IMG/VR virus record: IMGVR_UViG_3300032261_000007
Location: 1-55,954 of that record
Length of the DNA stretch: 55,954 nucleotides
Reading direction: 5' to 3' (one strand)
Source: a virus
Taxonomy: Duplodnaviria > Caudoviricetes
Shown in pieces: positions 37,791-47,247 of the stretch. Made by a program: the position numbers and the translations under genes. The stretch's first letter is position 1. Every line of letters begins with the position of its first letter. A model generated the notes under the pieces. It was not told the origin of the DNA and did no database searches. It saw only the letters and a program-made list of their open reading frames with translations.

Positions 37791-38269
37791 TGTCCCCGCC
37801 TATGTTGTTCGAGACGAATCAATCGTTCGTCGATCTTGTCGATCTGCTTCTGCAATGCCGCATCTCTGGCTTCGACTTCGCCAGACGACAGCAGTTTGTT
37901 GAGCAGTTGATCAAAGCGAGTAATGTCGAGCTTGGTGCTGCGCAGATCGTCAACCACGACGCCGATGGCGTCGGTGTGGCGACGAATATCTTCGCGATCG
38001 GCTGAAGCGCTGTCGCGAATCGCATTCAGTTCGCTGGTATAGCGCTCTATATCGACTTTGTTAGAACGTATGTTCGCCGTGACGCGATCATTTTCTTCAA
38101 GCTGGCGGCGGATCGCCTGTCGATCATTCGCAGTCAATTCCTTGACGGTGTTGACCTGGCTTTGCACCGCTGCCCACAACCCGCCGAATAGCGCCAGCAC
38201 CAGCGACGCCGCCGAGATCAAAACCGCCCAATTAACCCGCGGGCCACCATTGCGCAGTCTGGCGAGCAT
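37787..38269 (-). CDS. Single-TM coiled-coil protein
   Basis: WAVLISAASLVLALFGGLWAAV then heptad-like repeats. Confidence 0.6.
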   Translation of the reverse strand: MLARLRNGGPRVNWAVLISAASLVLALFGGLWAAVQSQVNTVKELTANDRQAIRRQLEENDRVTANIRSNKVDIERYTSELNAIRDSASADREDIRRHTDAIGVVVDDLRSTKLDITRFDQLLNKLLSSGEVEARDAALQKQIDKIDERLIRLEQHRRGH

Positions 38270-38287
38270 CAGTCATCCCGTTCCCCG

Positions 38288-38458
38288 TCACTGCAGTGCG
38301 AAGATCGCCGTGCCCAAGCCAGCAAAACCAATCCCGGCGAGCAGAAATATCCAAAGAAACGGTGAGTTCATGTCCAGCGGGTGGTGGCTGATGTTGACGA
38401 TTGAGAACAACACCAGCCCCGCACCGAGCGCGACCAAGAATGCCCCGGCCGCGATCAC
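38288..38458 (-). CDS. Small two-TM protein (holin-like candidate)
   Basis: Hand-translated 56 aa with two hydrophobic helices; GTG overlaps the upstream stop. Confidence 0.5.
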   Translation of the reverse strand: MIAAGAFLVALGAGLVLFSIVNISHHPLDMNSPFLWIFLLAGIGFAGLGTAIFALQ

Positions 38459-38676
38459 GTCTTGCCAAGCTCGATGGTGTCGTAATCGAGCAGCACTTGT
38501 TTGATCTGGCTGGCGTCGTGATAGACGTTCTGATACGGCCCGCTATCGCCCTGCTTGCGGCAGTGCAGATCACCGGGCCGCCCGGCCTTGGCCAAGATCA
38601 CCAGCCCGACCTTGTCCGAAAACCAAGCCCGGTATTCGTGCGGTGCGCCAAGCGCATTGGAAAAGAACGCTTCCAT
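38455..38676 (-). CDS. Hypothetical protein
   Basis: Start moved to MEAFFS, overlapping the upstream stop. Confidence 0.45.
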   Translation of the reverse strand: MEAFFSNALGAPHEYRAWFSDKVGLVILAKAGRPGDLHCRKQGDSGPYQNVYHDASQIKQVLLDYDTIELGKT

Positions 38677-39065
38677 CACCAGCGATCCCATCCGCGATGC
38701 CAGCCGAAGCCGGGTGCGCCCCAACCGAAGCCGGGACGGACGCCAAAGCCCGAGCCCCAACCGCCAACACCGGGTGCGCCCCACGCGCCGCCATAGGCGG
38801 GCGGGCACGAGCAGCCGCCGCCATAGGCGGCACCGTAGGTCGCCGCACCAACCGCGGCCGCGGTGGCCAGCGGTGCGCCGACCCGCCAGCCGACGCCGAC
38901 ATTGCGCCGCATGACGCGCCGATGCACACCCGCTACCGAGAACGGCGTTAGTGGCCGTCCAATGCGCGCTTGAGCGTCACTGACCGTGATCGACGTGCCG
39001 TCAAATGACAGCGACATCGCGGCCAATACCGTAGCAGAAGCGAGCAGAACTTTACGCATTCCCAT
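38676..39065 (-). CDS. Secreted Gly-rich protein
   Basis: Signal peptide to AQA, then RIGRPLTP.SVAGV.RR, a motif I recognise from proteobacterial secreted hypotheticals. Confidence 0.65.
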   Translation of the reverse strand: MGMRKVLLASATVLAAMSLSFDGTSITVSDAQARIGRPLTPFSVAGVHRRVMRRNVGVGWRVGAPLATAAAVGAATYGAAYGGGCSCPPAYGGAWGAPGVGGWGSGFGVRPGFGWGAPGFGWHRGWDRW

Positions 39066-39261
39066 TGTCTCCGCTTTCGAGGATCACTTGCGCCTGCTCA
39101 ACTGTTTCCATCACCTGTTGCTTCAAGGCAGAGATGATCAAAACAGCGTTACAGTCGCCACCCGCCCGCTCGCTCGGAAGCGGTGGGCGGATCATGTAGA
39201 CCCACGACGGGGCAACTAGAATCTTGGTGCGATCTGGTCGCGTGAACTGAACGAGCTTCAA
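39052..39261 (-). CDS. Small FlbD-like protein
   Basis: VQFTRPD..ILV.P..V..I..VMETVEQ pattern. Confidence 0.45.
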   Translation of the reverse strand: MKLVQFTRPDRTKILVAPSWVYMIRPPLPSERAGGDCNAVLIISALKQQVMETVEQAQVILESGDNGNA

Positions 39262-39401
39262 AGCTTGGCGGCGCGCGCGGCTTCCGTGACGATCCGATCA
39301 GCTTCCCTGACCAGCGCCGCATTCGTTAGCGACCAATCCTCGTCGCGTTCGGCGTGCTGCTGAACAGCCAGTGCTTCGACCAAAGTCATGTCCCGTTCTC
39401 C

Positions 39402-39713
39402 CTACGATGCAGGCGGCGGCGTGATGAAACAGCGCACGGTGGCGCGACCGTCGCGGCAAATATGATAGTGCCCATCCGGGGAGACTGGCAACGCACGGTT
39501 ACGCTGGACGAACACCGCATCGTGCTCATCATCGAGCACCACACGCCAGCCGCCGTGTATCTCGGTCACTGCACCGTCGGGAAGCTGCTTACAGTCCTGC
39601 GGGCCGCAGCACCATGCTTTGGTGACCGGGTCAGTCAGTTGCTTTTCGGCAATCCACTGTTCGCCTTCATGCGCCAGTGCTTGGGCAATCAAGAGTGCCA
39701 GCAACCAGCGCAA
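39402..39713 (-). CDS. Secreted Cys-containing protein
   Basis: Signal peptide to ALA-H; CCGPQDC..SPDG.YHIC..CF..P. Confidence 0.65.
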   Translation of the reverse strand: MRWLLALLIAQALAHEGEQWIAEKQLTDPVTKAWCCGPQDCKQLPDGAVTEIHGGWRVVLDDEHDAVFVQRNRALPVSPDGHYHICRDGRATVRCFITPPPAS

Positions 39714-39815
39714 CTAGCGCAGCACCTTGCCGAGCAGCCAAGTGACGATCACCCAACCGCCGCCCATGAAGACGCCCCACAGGAACCACTCAAGCATCTG
39801 CGCGCCGCTTGGCAT
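39714..39815 (-). CDS. Tiny single-TM protein (33 aa)
   Basis: Hand-translated MPSGAQMLEWFLWGVFMGGGWVIVTWLLGKVLR; GAAAGG upstream. Confidence 0.4.
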   Translation of the reverse strand: MPSGAQMLEWFLWGVFMGGGWVIVTWLLGKVLR

Positions 39816-39865
39816 ATTGAGCCTTTCAAAGCGGCGCGTGCGATCGCGCCAGTGCGAGTTGAGCA

Positions 39866-40333
39866 TCAAGTCGCAGGAGCCGGGGCCGGGGCAGGCGTCA
39901 CACCGCTGGTGCCTTGGCCGGGCGTATTGGCCGCCACCGCATTGGCCAGCGAGTTGGCATTGGCATTGATTTCATCGACCAGCGACTGCAACGCCGCCGG
40001 GTCTTCCGACGCCATCGCATCTTTTAACTGTGCACTCAGTTGCTGCAGCAATGCGGTCACTGCATTCACCACATTGGTCTCGCTCGCGATCGCGGTACGC
40101 ACGTCGTCTAGGGTCGCCATAGCTTGAGTCTCCCCACTGATAAGCTGATTAAGCTGCTGCTCGATCCGGGCCAATCTGGCATTGAGAAGCGGAGCCCACT
40201 GCCAGAAAAATACCGGCTTGCCACTGTCGGAGAGTTTTGCTTGCGCGTCAACGTCAACCCTTTGCTCCATGCGCTTTAATCGGCGATCCAGCGCCATCAC
40301 GGATTCAGACACGGTCCTAACGGTTTTCACCAT
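39866..40333 (-). CDS. Coiled-coil hypothetical protein
   Basis: Coupled to the TerL stop; possible internal start GGAG..MATLDDV. Confidence 0.55.
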   Translation of the reverse strand: MVKTVRTVSESVMALDRRLKRMEQRVDVDAQAKLSDSGKPVFFWQWAPLLNARLARIEQQLNQLISGETQAMATLDDVRTAIASETNVVNAVTALLQQLSAQLKDAMASEDPAALQSLVDEINANANSLANAVAANTPGQGTSGVTPAPAPAPAT

Positions 40334-41769
40334 CAGTATTCTCGCGGCCCGGAGCCCGGGAAATAACGCGGCGTGCCGACGAACAGCGGGCTGACCACAG
40401 GTGGCGCGGTTGCGCCCTTCAGCATCAAGTCAGTCAGCGCCCATACCATGGCGTCAAGACGATCGGGTGACGGCTCGTTCGATAGCGGCTCCCACGTCGT
40501 CAGTTGCAATTCCAGTTCGGGGAACGGGACAGCGTGGCTGACCTTTCCCTGCTCATAAAGCGCCGCCACCGGCTCAGCGCGCGCCTGCTTTGAATGCCGG
40601 GCATGCACAATCCGCACCGGCATGTTCTTGCGCACCGTCTGAATATTGACGCGGACAAGCTCGCCGCCCTGATTGCCTTCGGCGATGATTCGGTCGGCCT
40701 TGTACTGGTCATAAGCCTTGACCACGGTTTTGGCCCATCGATCCGGCGACAGCCGCCCGCTCAGATCGGCCAGCACATAGGCCCTGCCGTCCACGCCAAG
40801 CGCTGCCACCACGATGCCGGTCAGGCTGGACTGGCCACCCACGGTCACTGCCGGATCGACGCCGACCACAATGCGCTTGAAGTCGGGCAGCGGCGCATTG
40901 ACTCGCGCCGCCTCGATCATCGTCCACGACCATAAAGCTCCTTCTGCCTGCTCAAGAACCTCGCCAAGTAGCTCTTGACGACCAAGTCTTGTCCCTTCGT
41001 ATTTTGCAATGATGCTTGAGTAAAACGGTGAAGCCAAAGCGGCGCGGTTGTCGTAAGTAGTCGCCCGCGTAACCACGCAAGTCGGCTTGTCGCCACTGGC
41101 CAGCCTCAACAGCTCACGGATGATCGGAATCGGCTTCGGCGTGGTCGAGATCATCGCCTGCGGATTGACGCCGACCCGGAGCCCGAACATCGCATTGTCC
41201 CAAGCTTCGGTGGCATTATCGCGGACCTTTGACCGCGGCCAGCTTGCAAGCTCGTCGGCCCACAGCGCGCCATGCTGCGGACCGCGCAGCCGTTCCGGTT
41301 CTTCCGCAGTGTAGAGCGTGGCCGTGCAGCCATTGGCCCAATGCAACTGCCGCTTGGACGGCTCGTAGATCGGGCGGCCCATTAGCTCGCCCTTGCAATC
41401 GAAGTCGCCTTCGAAGCTGTTTTCGAGCAGCCCCGAATCGGCCTCGATCATGACCTTGCGGGCGCTATCGGTGGTCGGCGCAATCAAGCCGATATGGCGG
41501 ATGCGCTGCTTGACCTTCTGCCGCACCCATTCCGATCCGGCCCGGGTCTTGCCCGCACCGCGGCCCGCCAGAAATAGCCAATACGACCAGTCGCCCGGCG
41601 GTGCCTGCTGCTCATCACGACCAACGGAACCCCACGAATGCCAGACATTATCGGCGGTCGCTTCGCCCTCGATGCCTTGCTGGCGCAGCTTGGCGAAGTA
41701 ATCCTTGATCGCAGCTTCGGGATCGGCGGTTGCGTTGGCGGCGTCGGCGATGTCGTTCAGATGCGGCAT
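40333..41769 (-). CDS. terL: Terminase large subunit
   Basis: Walker A AGRGAGKT, Walker B LWADE, LRGPQ, nuclease GVDPA and DRLDA. Confidence 0.95.
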   Translation of the reverse strand: MPHLNDIADAANATADPEAAIKDYFAKLRQQGIEGEATADNVWHSWGSVGRDEQQAPPGDWSYWLFLAGRGAGKTRAGSEWVRQKVKQRIRHIGLIAPTTDSARKVMIEADSGLLENSFEGDFDCKGELMGRPIYEPSKRQLHWANGCTATLYTAEEPERLRGPQHGALWADELASWPRSKVRDNATEAWDNAMFGLRVGVNPQAMISTTPKPIPIIRELLRLASGDKPTCVVTRATTYDNRAALASPFYSSIIAKYEGTRLGRQELLGEVLEQAEGALWSWTMIEAARVNAPLPDFKRIVVGVDPAVTVGGQSSLTGIVVAALGVDGRAYVLADLSGRLSPDRWAKTVVKAYDQYKADRIIAEGNQGGELVRVNIQTVRKNMPVRIVHARHSKQARAEPVAALYEQGKVSHAVPFPELELQLTTWEPLSNEPSPDRLDAMVWALTDLMLKGATAPPVVSPLFVGTPRYFPGSGPREY

Positions 41770-42098
41770 CAGCGCCCACTGACGAGATAATCCCGCAGCG
41801 CCACCGTCGCCTGCGCCATGTCCATGTGCGTATGGTAGAACAGCTTGCCGGTCGGGCCGCCCTGCGATCGCGCGGCGCTATCGAAGTCGGCGAGCCGATT
41901 GGCGTGGCCGCAAAGACAGGTGCCCCAACAGCGCATCGAGAAGCCCTTGGGATCGCCGCGATTGTACTGGCCCGCTTCGTCCACTTCGATCTCATGCAAT
42001 TCGCCACGCTCAAGCTGGCCGAGCACATTGACCAGCGCATCGCGCTGCTCCGCACTCAATCCAAGCTCAGCCGCAGTCTTGAAGCATGGTGCAAGCAT
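41769..42098 (-). CDS. Hypothetical protein
   Basis: SD AGGAG; stop overlaps the TerL start. Confidence 0.6.
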   Translation of the reverse strand: MLAPCFKTAAELGLSAEQRDALVNVLGQLERGELHEIEVDEAGQYNRGDPKGFSMRCWGTCLCGHANRLADFDSAARSQGGPTGKLFYHTHMDMAQATVALRDYLVSGR

Positions 42099-42195
42099 GA
42101 CCGACTCCTATTGTGATGAAACTATCGCAGCGTCCCGACCGCACGCTCTGATTCGCGTGGCTGACTTACAGCACATCAAGCCATCGGGACCGCAT

Positions 42196-42681
42196 TCACG
42201 CGGCGATCGCTAGACTCCCGGCTGCAAACTCGACCCGGGTCAGTTGCCCAAGAATCGAGACAAACGCAACCTCGCGGTCGCGGGTGGTCATTCGGTCGAA
42301 CGTGCCAATCAGCCCGCTGAGCGGTCCTTGCTTGACGCGCACACGCTGGCCTTGGCGGAAGCCTCTACGGATAGTGATGACGCCGTCGCGATCTTCACGC
42401 GCCTTGATCTCGCCGATCACTGCGTCATGCAATAGCGCGGGCCGATCATCCTGCACAAAAACGGCATCGACGCCGCAGGTGGTACGGATCAGATACCAAA
42501 CCGGAACGAACAGAACAAAAAAGTAACGACCAAACAAATAACTCTCGACCATCTGCTTATGGCCGCGGAAGAACCTGCGTTCACGGAATCTCGGGAAGTA
42601 TGTTTCGAAACCGCGATCCTCAAGGAAGGTGCGGGCTACAGCTTGCTTGCCGTTTTCTGATGTCGCAACCAGCCACGGCAT
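42196..42681 (-). CDS. NusG/RfaH-family transcription elongation factor
   Basis: NGN: W.V..L..RGFE.YFP..LF.RYFFV..I..T.GV; KOW: F..GQRVRVKQGPLSG..G. Confidence 0.85.
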   Translation of the reverse strand: MPWLVATSENGKQAVARTFLEDRGFETYFPRFRERRFFRGHKQMVESYLFGRYFFVLFVPVWYLIRTTCGVDAVFVQDDRPALLHDAVIGEIKAREDRDGVITIRRGFRQGQRVRVKQGPLSGLIGTFDRMTTRDREVAFVSILGQLTRVEFAAGSLAIAA

Positions 42682-42803
42682 TCAGCGACTCACTGGAAGC
42701 CGTAGCGTTCCCCCGGACCGGCTTCGGGTTGTTCAATGACGGATTCATAACTAATCGCGCCAGAGTCGCGCAAGCGATAGTTCTCCACAGCCTATCCGAT
42801 AGT

Positions 42804-43259
42804 TCAGGAGCCGCCGCCGTTGCCGCGCACCGCGACTAGCGTCGGCGTATCATCGGGCTCGGGCTCGATGACTTTCGGTTCCGGTTGCTTCCTACGCACT
42901 GCAGCCAATGTCAGCACGAACGCTTCGAGTGCATCGACCGCTGGCGTGCCGCGCGATGCCGTATCGCGCGGTGGCTGTATCTCGATCGAGCGGAAAGTCG
43001 GCGACTGATACGGTGCCAGCGCCCGGGCATAGAACGCTGCTTTATCAGCCAGATAGTGAAACTTGCGGGCGTTCGCTTCCGCTTCGTCATCGTCGGGGAT
43101 CGGCCACTGCTTCGGCATATATGCTTTAGCGGCCTCGACATATTGCAGCATGAAGTCTTCCAGCACTTGCTTGGCCAATGGAATGCCTAGCGCACGGTGC
43201 TCCATTGTCAGCTTGCGCTGCACCGTGACTTTGTTCGGCGAACCTCTCGGTCTGGCCAT
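42804..43259 (-). CDS. Terminase small subunit candidate
   Basis: MARPRGSPNKVT N-terminus and A..LAPY..P motif; near TerL. Confidence 0.55.
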   Translation of the reverse strand: MARPRGSPNKVTVQRKLTMEHRALGIPLAKQVLEDFMLQYVEAAKAYMPKQWPIPDDDEAEANARKFHYLADKAAFYARALAPYQSPTFRSIEIQPPRDTASRGTPAVDALEAFVLTLAAVRRKQPEPKVIEPEPDDTPTLVAVRGNGGGS

Positions 43260-43269
43260 AACGAGTATT

Positions 43270-43593
43270 TTATACCTGATTCGGTTTTTCGTTCAGCGCC
43301 GCGTCGATCATCGCTTGCCAAATCTCACAGTGCCACCATTGCGGCTCATAATCAGGATCATCCTTGTGTGGTATTCGCCAATCGTCGTCCCATAGTTCCG
43401 CCTTGTCTGGATCGGCGTTCTCACCGGCCTTGATCATCTTCTCGGTTGGCTCGCGCATCGCCGTAATGGCTGCACGGGCCAGAACGATTGTGCTGACTGG
43501 ACAGCCGACGTTATTCGCATCAGACCAAGCGATCTCAAGCGCGACGGCAACACGGTCGATCATCTCGGAATCTTGGATCGCCAGCAAGGTCAT
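43270..43593 (-). CDS. Hypothetical protein
   Basis: ARAAI.AMREPT..MI.AG..WQAMIDAAL, common in alphaproteobacterial phages. Confidence 0.65.
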   Translation of the reverse strand: MTLLAIQDSEMIDRVAVALEIAWSDANNVGCPVSTIVLARAAITAMREPTEKMIKAGENADPDKAELWDDDWRIPHKDDPDYEPQWWHCEIWQAMIDAALNEKPNQV

Positions 43594-43880
43594 TGCAGCT
43601 TCTCCTTGCGCTTGGCCATGATCAGCCGCTGCGCCATCACGATGTCGCGGTTAGCGCTGCACAGCATCAGTTCATCCGGCGACAGCGGGCGCAGCCGCTT
43701 GTCATGGCCGAACGCCATCAGGTTCCCGCACTCGGTACAGATCGTCACGTCACCCGGCCGCGGCTCACGGCCGTGCTGCTGTTGCGCATCGAACGGTGCG
43801 CCGCAGTTCAGGCAACGATCAGGCTGTGGCGGGAACGGGCGATCAACTCGCCGCTTGCGACGGAACTGGTACGTGCTCAT
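43590..43880 (-). CDS. Zn-ribbon protein
   Basis: CLNC..P.PGDVTICTECG; start moved to MSTYQF. Confidence 0.55.
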   Translation of the reverse strand: MSTYQFRRKRRVDRPFPPQPDRCLNCGAPFDAQQQHGREPRPGDVTICTECGNLMAFGHDKRLRPLSPDELMLCSANRDIVMAQRLIMAKRKEKLQ

Positions 43881-44409
43881 TGCCTTCGCTTTGCGGCGCT
43901 TCGCCATTATGCCGTTCCGGCTTGTAATAACCGACGAGGATTGCGCCCAAGCTCGACAGCACGCCGCGCAGTTCCGACGCTTCGGCCACCGCGTTGTCAC
44001 GCTGCATCAGACAATCGCGCACCCGTGCTTCGATGATGCGCTCGGCGTCTTCTCTGCGTTTCTCGATGGCGTGGTCTTCGTCTTCTCTAACCCTAATCCG
44101 CGCTTCCAGTTCGGCGATCCGCACTTTCAACGTAGCGTTCTCCCGGCGCATCCGGTCGCGGTCAGCGTGCGACTGCTGCAGCGCGACCAGTCCCTGCTCG
44201 ACCACCTTCATGCGCTCGGCGGGTAGCTCCAACGATGCCGCCGCGGCTGCCTCAACGAAGTCTTCGCGCGTGGCTGGCGGCGCATATTCGATCGGCGGGC
44301 GCGGTGTTTCGAACTCTTCGGGTTGATGCCGCGGTAGCCGTGGCATGGTCCTGACCGCTTCGCCGATCTCTTCTTCCATACTCGGTTTAGGAATAGATGC
44401 CTTACCCAT
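43843..44409 (-). CDS. Coiled-coil hypothetical protein
   Basis: GAGGA before the ATG at 44409. Confidence 0.55.
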   Translation of the reverse strand: MGKASIPKPSMEEEIGEAVRTMPRLPRHQPEEFETPRPPIEYAPPATREDFVEAAAAASLELPAERMKVVEQGLVALQQSHADRDRMRRENATLKVRIAELEARIRVREDEDHAIEKRREDAERIIEARVRDCLMQRDNAVAEASELRGVLSSLGAILVGYYKPERHNGEAPQSEGNEHVPVPSQAAS

Positions 44410-44563
44410 GCGAGTCCTCACCCAATGCTGATTGCTGAGAATCAAAAGCCTAATGGACGGTCGCGCCATTTGCAATCTGTTATCGGCCGATCGCGGCACT
44501 TATCCCCAACGTAACCATGATGAAGATAAAGCCGACCATTGCCAGATCGCTGACCGACATGGC

Positions 44564-45448
44564 TCACCCGAACAGCCCGATACCATGCGCTTCATTGTTA
44601 GCCAGCGGCGCGTTGTTCTGCACGTGCAGCGGCGACGGATGTGATACGGCGAAATCATTGTTCTTAGCCCCGGAGCCAAAGACAATATCGTGGTTGGTAT
44701 TGTTCTCCAGCCACAAACCCCACGCCCGGTTCTGCCCGCCAGCCACCATATTGATGCCGGTATCAGTGCAGCTTTCGACGGTGCCGCCCGAGAACATGCA
44801 GCCGCCAGCGTCCTGCAACTGAATGCCGACCCGCACGCCTTCGATGATCGGATTAAGGAACCTGCAGTCGGTCGTTTGCCACACCGACGGCTGTGTCACG
44901 TGGTCGAGCCAGATGCCGACGCAATCGTAAGAGCCGCCACCGCACATGCCATAGCCCGCATCGAACGCCGTCACCGTCGGGTTCTGCAATTCGGTGCAGA
45001 CGCACCAATACAGCGCAATCGCCTTACACGGATTGCCGCCGCGCGGTGCGCCAGCGCCGTAAGCCCTGATGCGAAAGTATGAGTGATGCACCGAGTTGAT
45101 GACCACGGTATCGGCCGCAGCGTCGGTCGGCACCACCCGGATACCGTCAACCCACATATTGAATTTGCCGCCGCCGCCCGGCCCGGTCGAAATGCCGTCA
45201 AAGGTCAGCGCGGTGCCGCTGCCGGTGTAATGCCATTCGCACTGCCCTTCGCCCGCGATCTCAAGATTGTGGAATGCCAGATTGGGACAAGCACTGTACT
45301 GATATTGGCCTTCGGGGAAGACGAACCGCGGCATCGATCGCCGGTTCAGCCGGTTGCTGATGTCGGCCACCATCGCGGTGAACTGCGCGGCATTGTCGGC
45401 GGCTCCGGTCGGATCGAACCCGTACTGATCGACGACGTTGATAGCCAT
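44564..45448 (-). CDS. Pectate-lyase-like beta-helix protein
   Basis: NV...G..G..D...F..FPEG.Y N-terminal motif followed by beta-helix-like repeats. Confidence 0.7.
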   Translation of the reverse strand: MAINVVDQYGFDPTGAADNAAQFTAMVADISNRLNRRSMPRFVFPEGQYQYSACPNLAFHNLEIAGEGQCEWHYTGSGTALTFDGISTGPGGGGKFNMWVDGIRVVPTDAAADTVVINSVHHSYFRIRAYGAGAPRGGNPCKAIALYWCVCTELQNPTVTAFDAGYGMCGGGSYDCVGIWLDHVTQPSVWQTTDCRFLNPIIEGVRVGIQLQDAGGCMFSGGTVESCTDTGINMVAGGQNRAWGLWLENNTNHDIVFGSGAKNNDFAVSHPSPLHVQNNAPLANNEAHGIGLFG

Positions 45449-45459
45449 GGCGCAGCCAT

Positions 45460-45491
45460 AAAAAAGCGCCCCGGCATTTCACCGGGGCGTT
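45460..45491 (-). terminator. Intrinsic terminator
   Basis: Minus strand CGCCCCGG-TGAAATG-CCGGGGCG then CTTTTTT. Confidence 0.7.
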
Positions 45492-45530
45492 GGGGAGTTG
45501 GCGTGGTTGCGTGCAATCACGGACTGCAGG

Positions 45531-46037
45531 TTACTTTGATTCTCGGATCGCTGCCAGCGCCGCCTTGCCTTCCAGCGGCATCTTGCGCAGTTCTCCCCGC
45601 CTTTTTGCTCGGCTCTTATCAGCCGATGCTTTGGCCTTGACCTTCTTGATGACAGCCTTGGCTGCCAGTATGTCGGCCTTAGCCTTCTCGTCGGCCTCGT
45701 TCCGGGGCTTGAGCCACGGCTGGCTACGAACATCGAGCGGGTCGTCCGCGGCAGCACGAGCCGCCTTGTCCCGGCCGATGATGGTATCGGCAAAGCCGTA
45801 GTCTTCCGGCTTCACCGGGTCGGGCTTCATCAACTCGACCGGCTTGGCGATCGGCTTGCGCTCGTCGTCGGGCTCCTTAGCCAGCAGCGCATTCAACCGT
45901 CGGCGCTTGGTGCACGCCTTGACCCACGCATTGTGAGTCCGGTTGATCCGTCGCTCTAGCCGCTCGATCAGGGCTTCGACCTGTTGCAGCTTGACAACGG
46001 TGCTGGTAGTCTTCGCCTTGTTGGTACTCATCTTCAA
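45531..46037 (-). CDS. Basic hypothetical protein
   Basis: Lys/Ala-rich; AAGGAG upstream (true start may be MSTNK). Confidence 0.6.
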   Translation of the reverse strand: MKMSTNKAKTTSTVVKLQQVEALIERLERRINRTHNAWVKACTKRRRLNALLAKEPDDERKPIAKPVELMKPDPVKPEDYGFADTIIGRDKAARAAADDPLDVRSQPWLKPRNEADEKAKADILAAKAVIKKVKAKASADKSRAKRRGELRKMPLEGKAALAAIRESK

Positions 46038-46093
46038 CTTCTCCTTTCGTCTGGTTGCTGCCGCCCGGGTTGTCGCCCGGGCGGCTCTTTCGT

Positions 46094-46384
46094 TTAGAGA
46101 ACGTCTCGGTGAACGTACTCGATCTTGCGATCCAGCCGTTCATACTCGTCACCAACCTTGGCCCACCAACCTTGGTGGTCGAAGGTGATCTCGTCGTGGG
46201 GATGAACGTCCATCACGTTGATGACGACGCTCTGGCCCTTGTTGATCTTGAAGACCTTGCCCCAATCCCGTTTGTAGGACCGAAGCGCATTCTTGATGGC
46301 GATCTCTTTCTCAGGGGCACGCCCCCAAGCACTGCCGCCACCAACCAAGATCACAGCGAGATAGTCATGGACTGATTTGTCCAT
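46094..46384 (-). CDS. Hypothetical protein
   Basis: TAAGGAG before MDKSVH. Confidence 0.65.
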   Translation of the reverse strand: MDKSVHDYLAVILVGGGSAWGRAPEKEIAIKNALRSYKRDWGKVFKINKGQSVVINVMDVHPHDEITFDHQGWWAKVGDEYERLDRKIEYVHRDVL

Positions 46385-46404
46385 CTCAGACTCCTTATTC
46401 ACAA

Positions 46405-46471
46405 TGTCAAACAGCACCGGCACTCGCCGGATCAGCTAGGCTCATTCCCAACTGACACTCACATTATATCA
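46405..46471 (-). promoter_or_regulatory. Extended -10 promoter followed by hairpin and boxA-like element
   Basis: TGaTATAAT (46463-46471), hairpin CCGGC-GAGT-GCCGG (46417-46430), TGCTGTTTGACA (46405-46416). Confidence 0.55.
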
Positions 46472-47247
46472 CTTCTGAAAATCCGCACCACAACTTGATT
46501 GTTTGTTCGCATCAAACAAACAACAAACAAAGAAAAAGTCTAATGACTGCGGAGCAAATCACCAGCTAAGTGCTTGTGCCTTATTTCGCGAATCGCGGTT
46601 GTGTCGGCGACTTTCAGACCGATCGAGCAACGCAAGCCATTGCGATCGCACGTCGCGACATTGTGATAGTCCGGGTTGCGCAACCTAGAACAAACCGCGC
46701 GGTCGCGAGCAACGCTCGGCGACCCACACCAATACGATCAGAAACAGGCAAGCGACTATCACGCCAACCAACAGATCAGCGACTTCGATCATGGCACGAC
46801 TTCCGGCAGCAGCTTTTCGGCTTGTTCGAGGGTTTCGAGAAACGTCAGCGCCGCGCGCGCCAGCACGTGCGATCGCACCGTGTCATAGTCGTTCGACATA
46901 TCTTCGAGCAGCAGACGCAGGCGCGGACGCTGCTCGGCCAGCATAAGCTGCGCGAGGCGCACAGCGTCGAGCGCTGGCTTGCGGTGCAAGACATTCACGG
47001 CTTTTGCTGAACCCCATGTGATTCGTCAGCGTAAATGAAACCGGCGGGATCACAAGAACCCGCCGGTCCGGTGCACAACTATTTTGGCGGCTTGCACGAT
47101 TTCACGGCTGAGTATCCCGATAGGTGACAGCAAGCCGAACCGTGCCTTGTAGCGCCTAGCCCAACGCGGGAAGTCAATGCAAAACCCACATCAGTCGATC
47201 ACGCTTGCCCGTTGCCGCCGCGGCTGCAGGCAGGTGTCCGCTGTCAC

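Noticed and set aside
46570-47240. Genes or RNA in this gap (46789..46998 minus; hairpins near 47040-47070)
   Set aside because: Weak start signals and no recognisable motif; not enough support to call.
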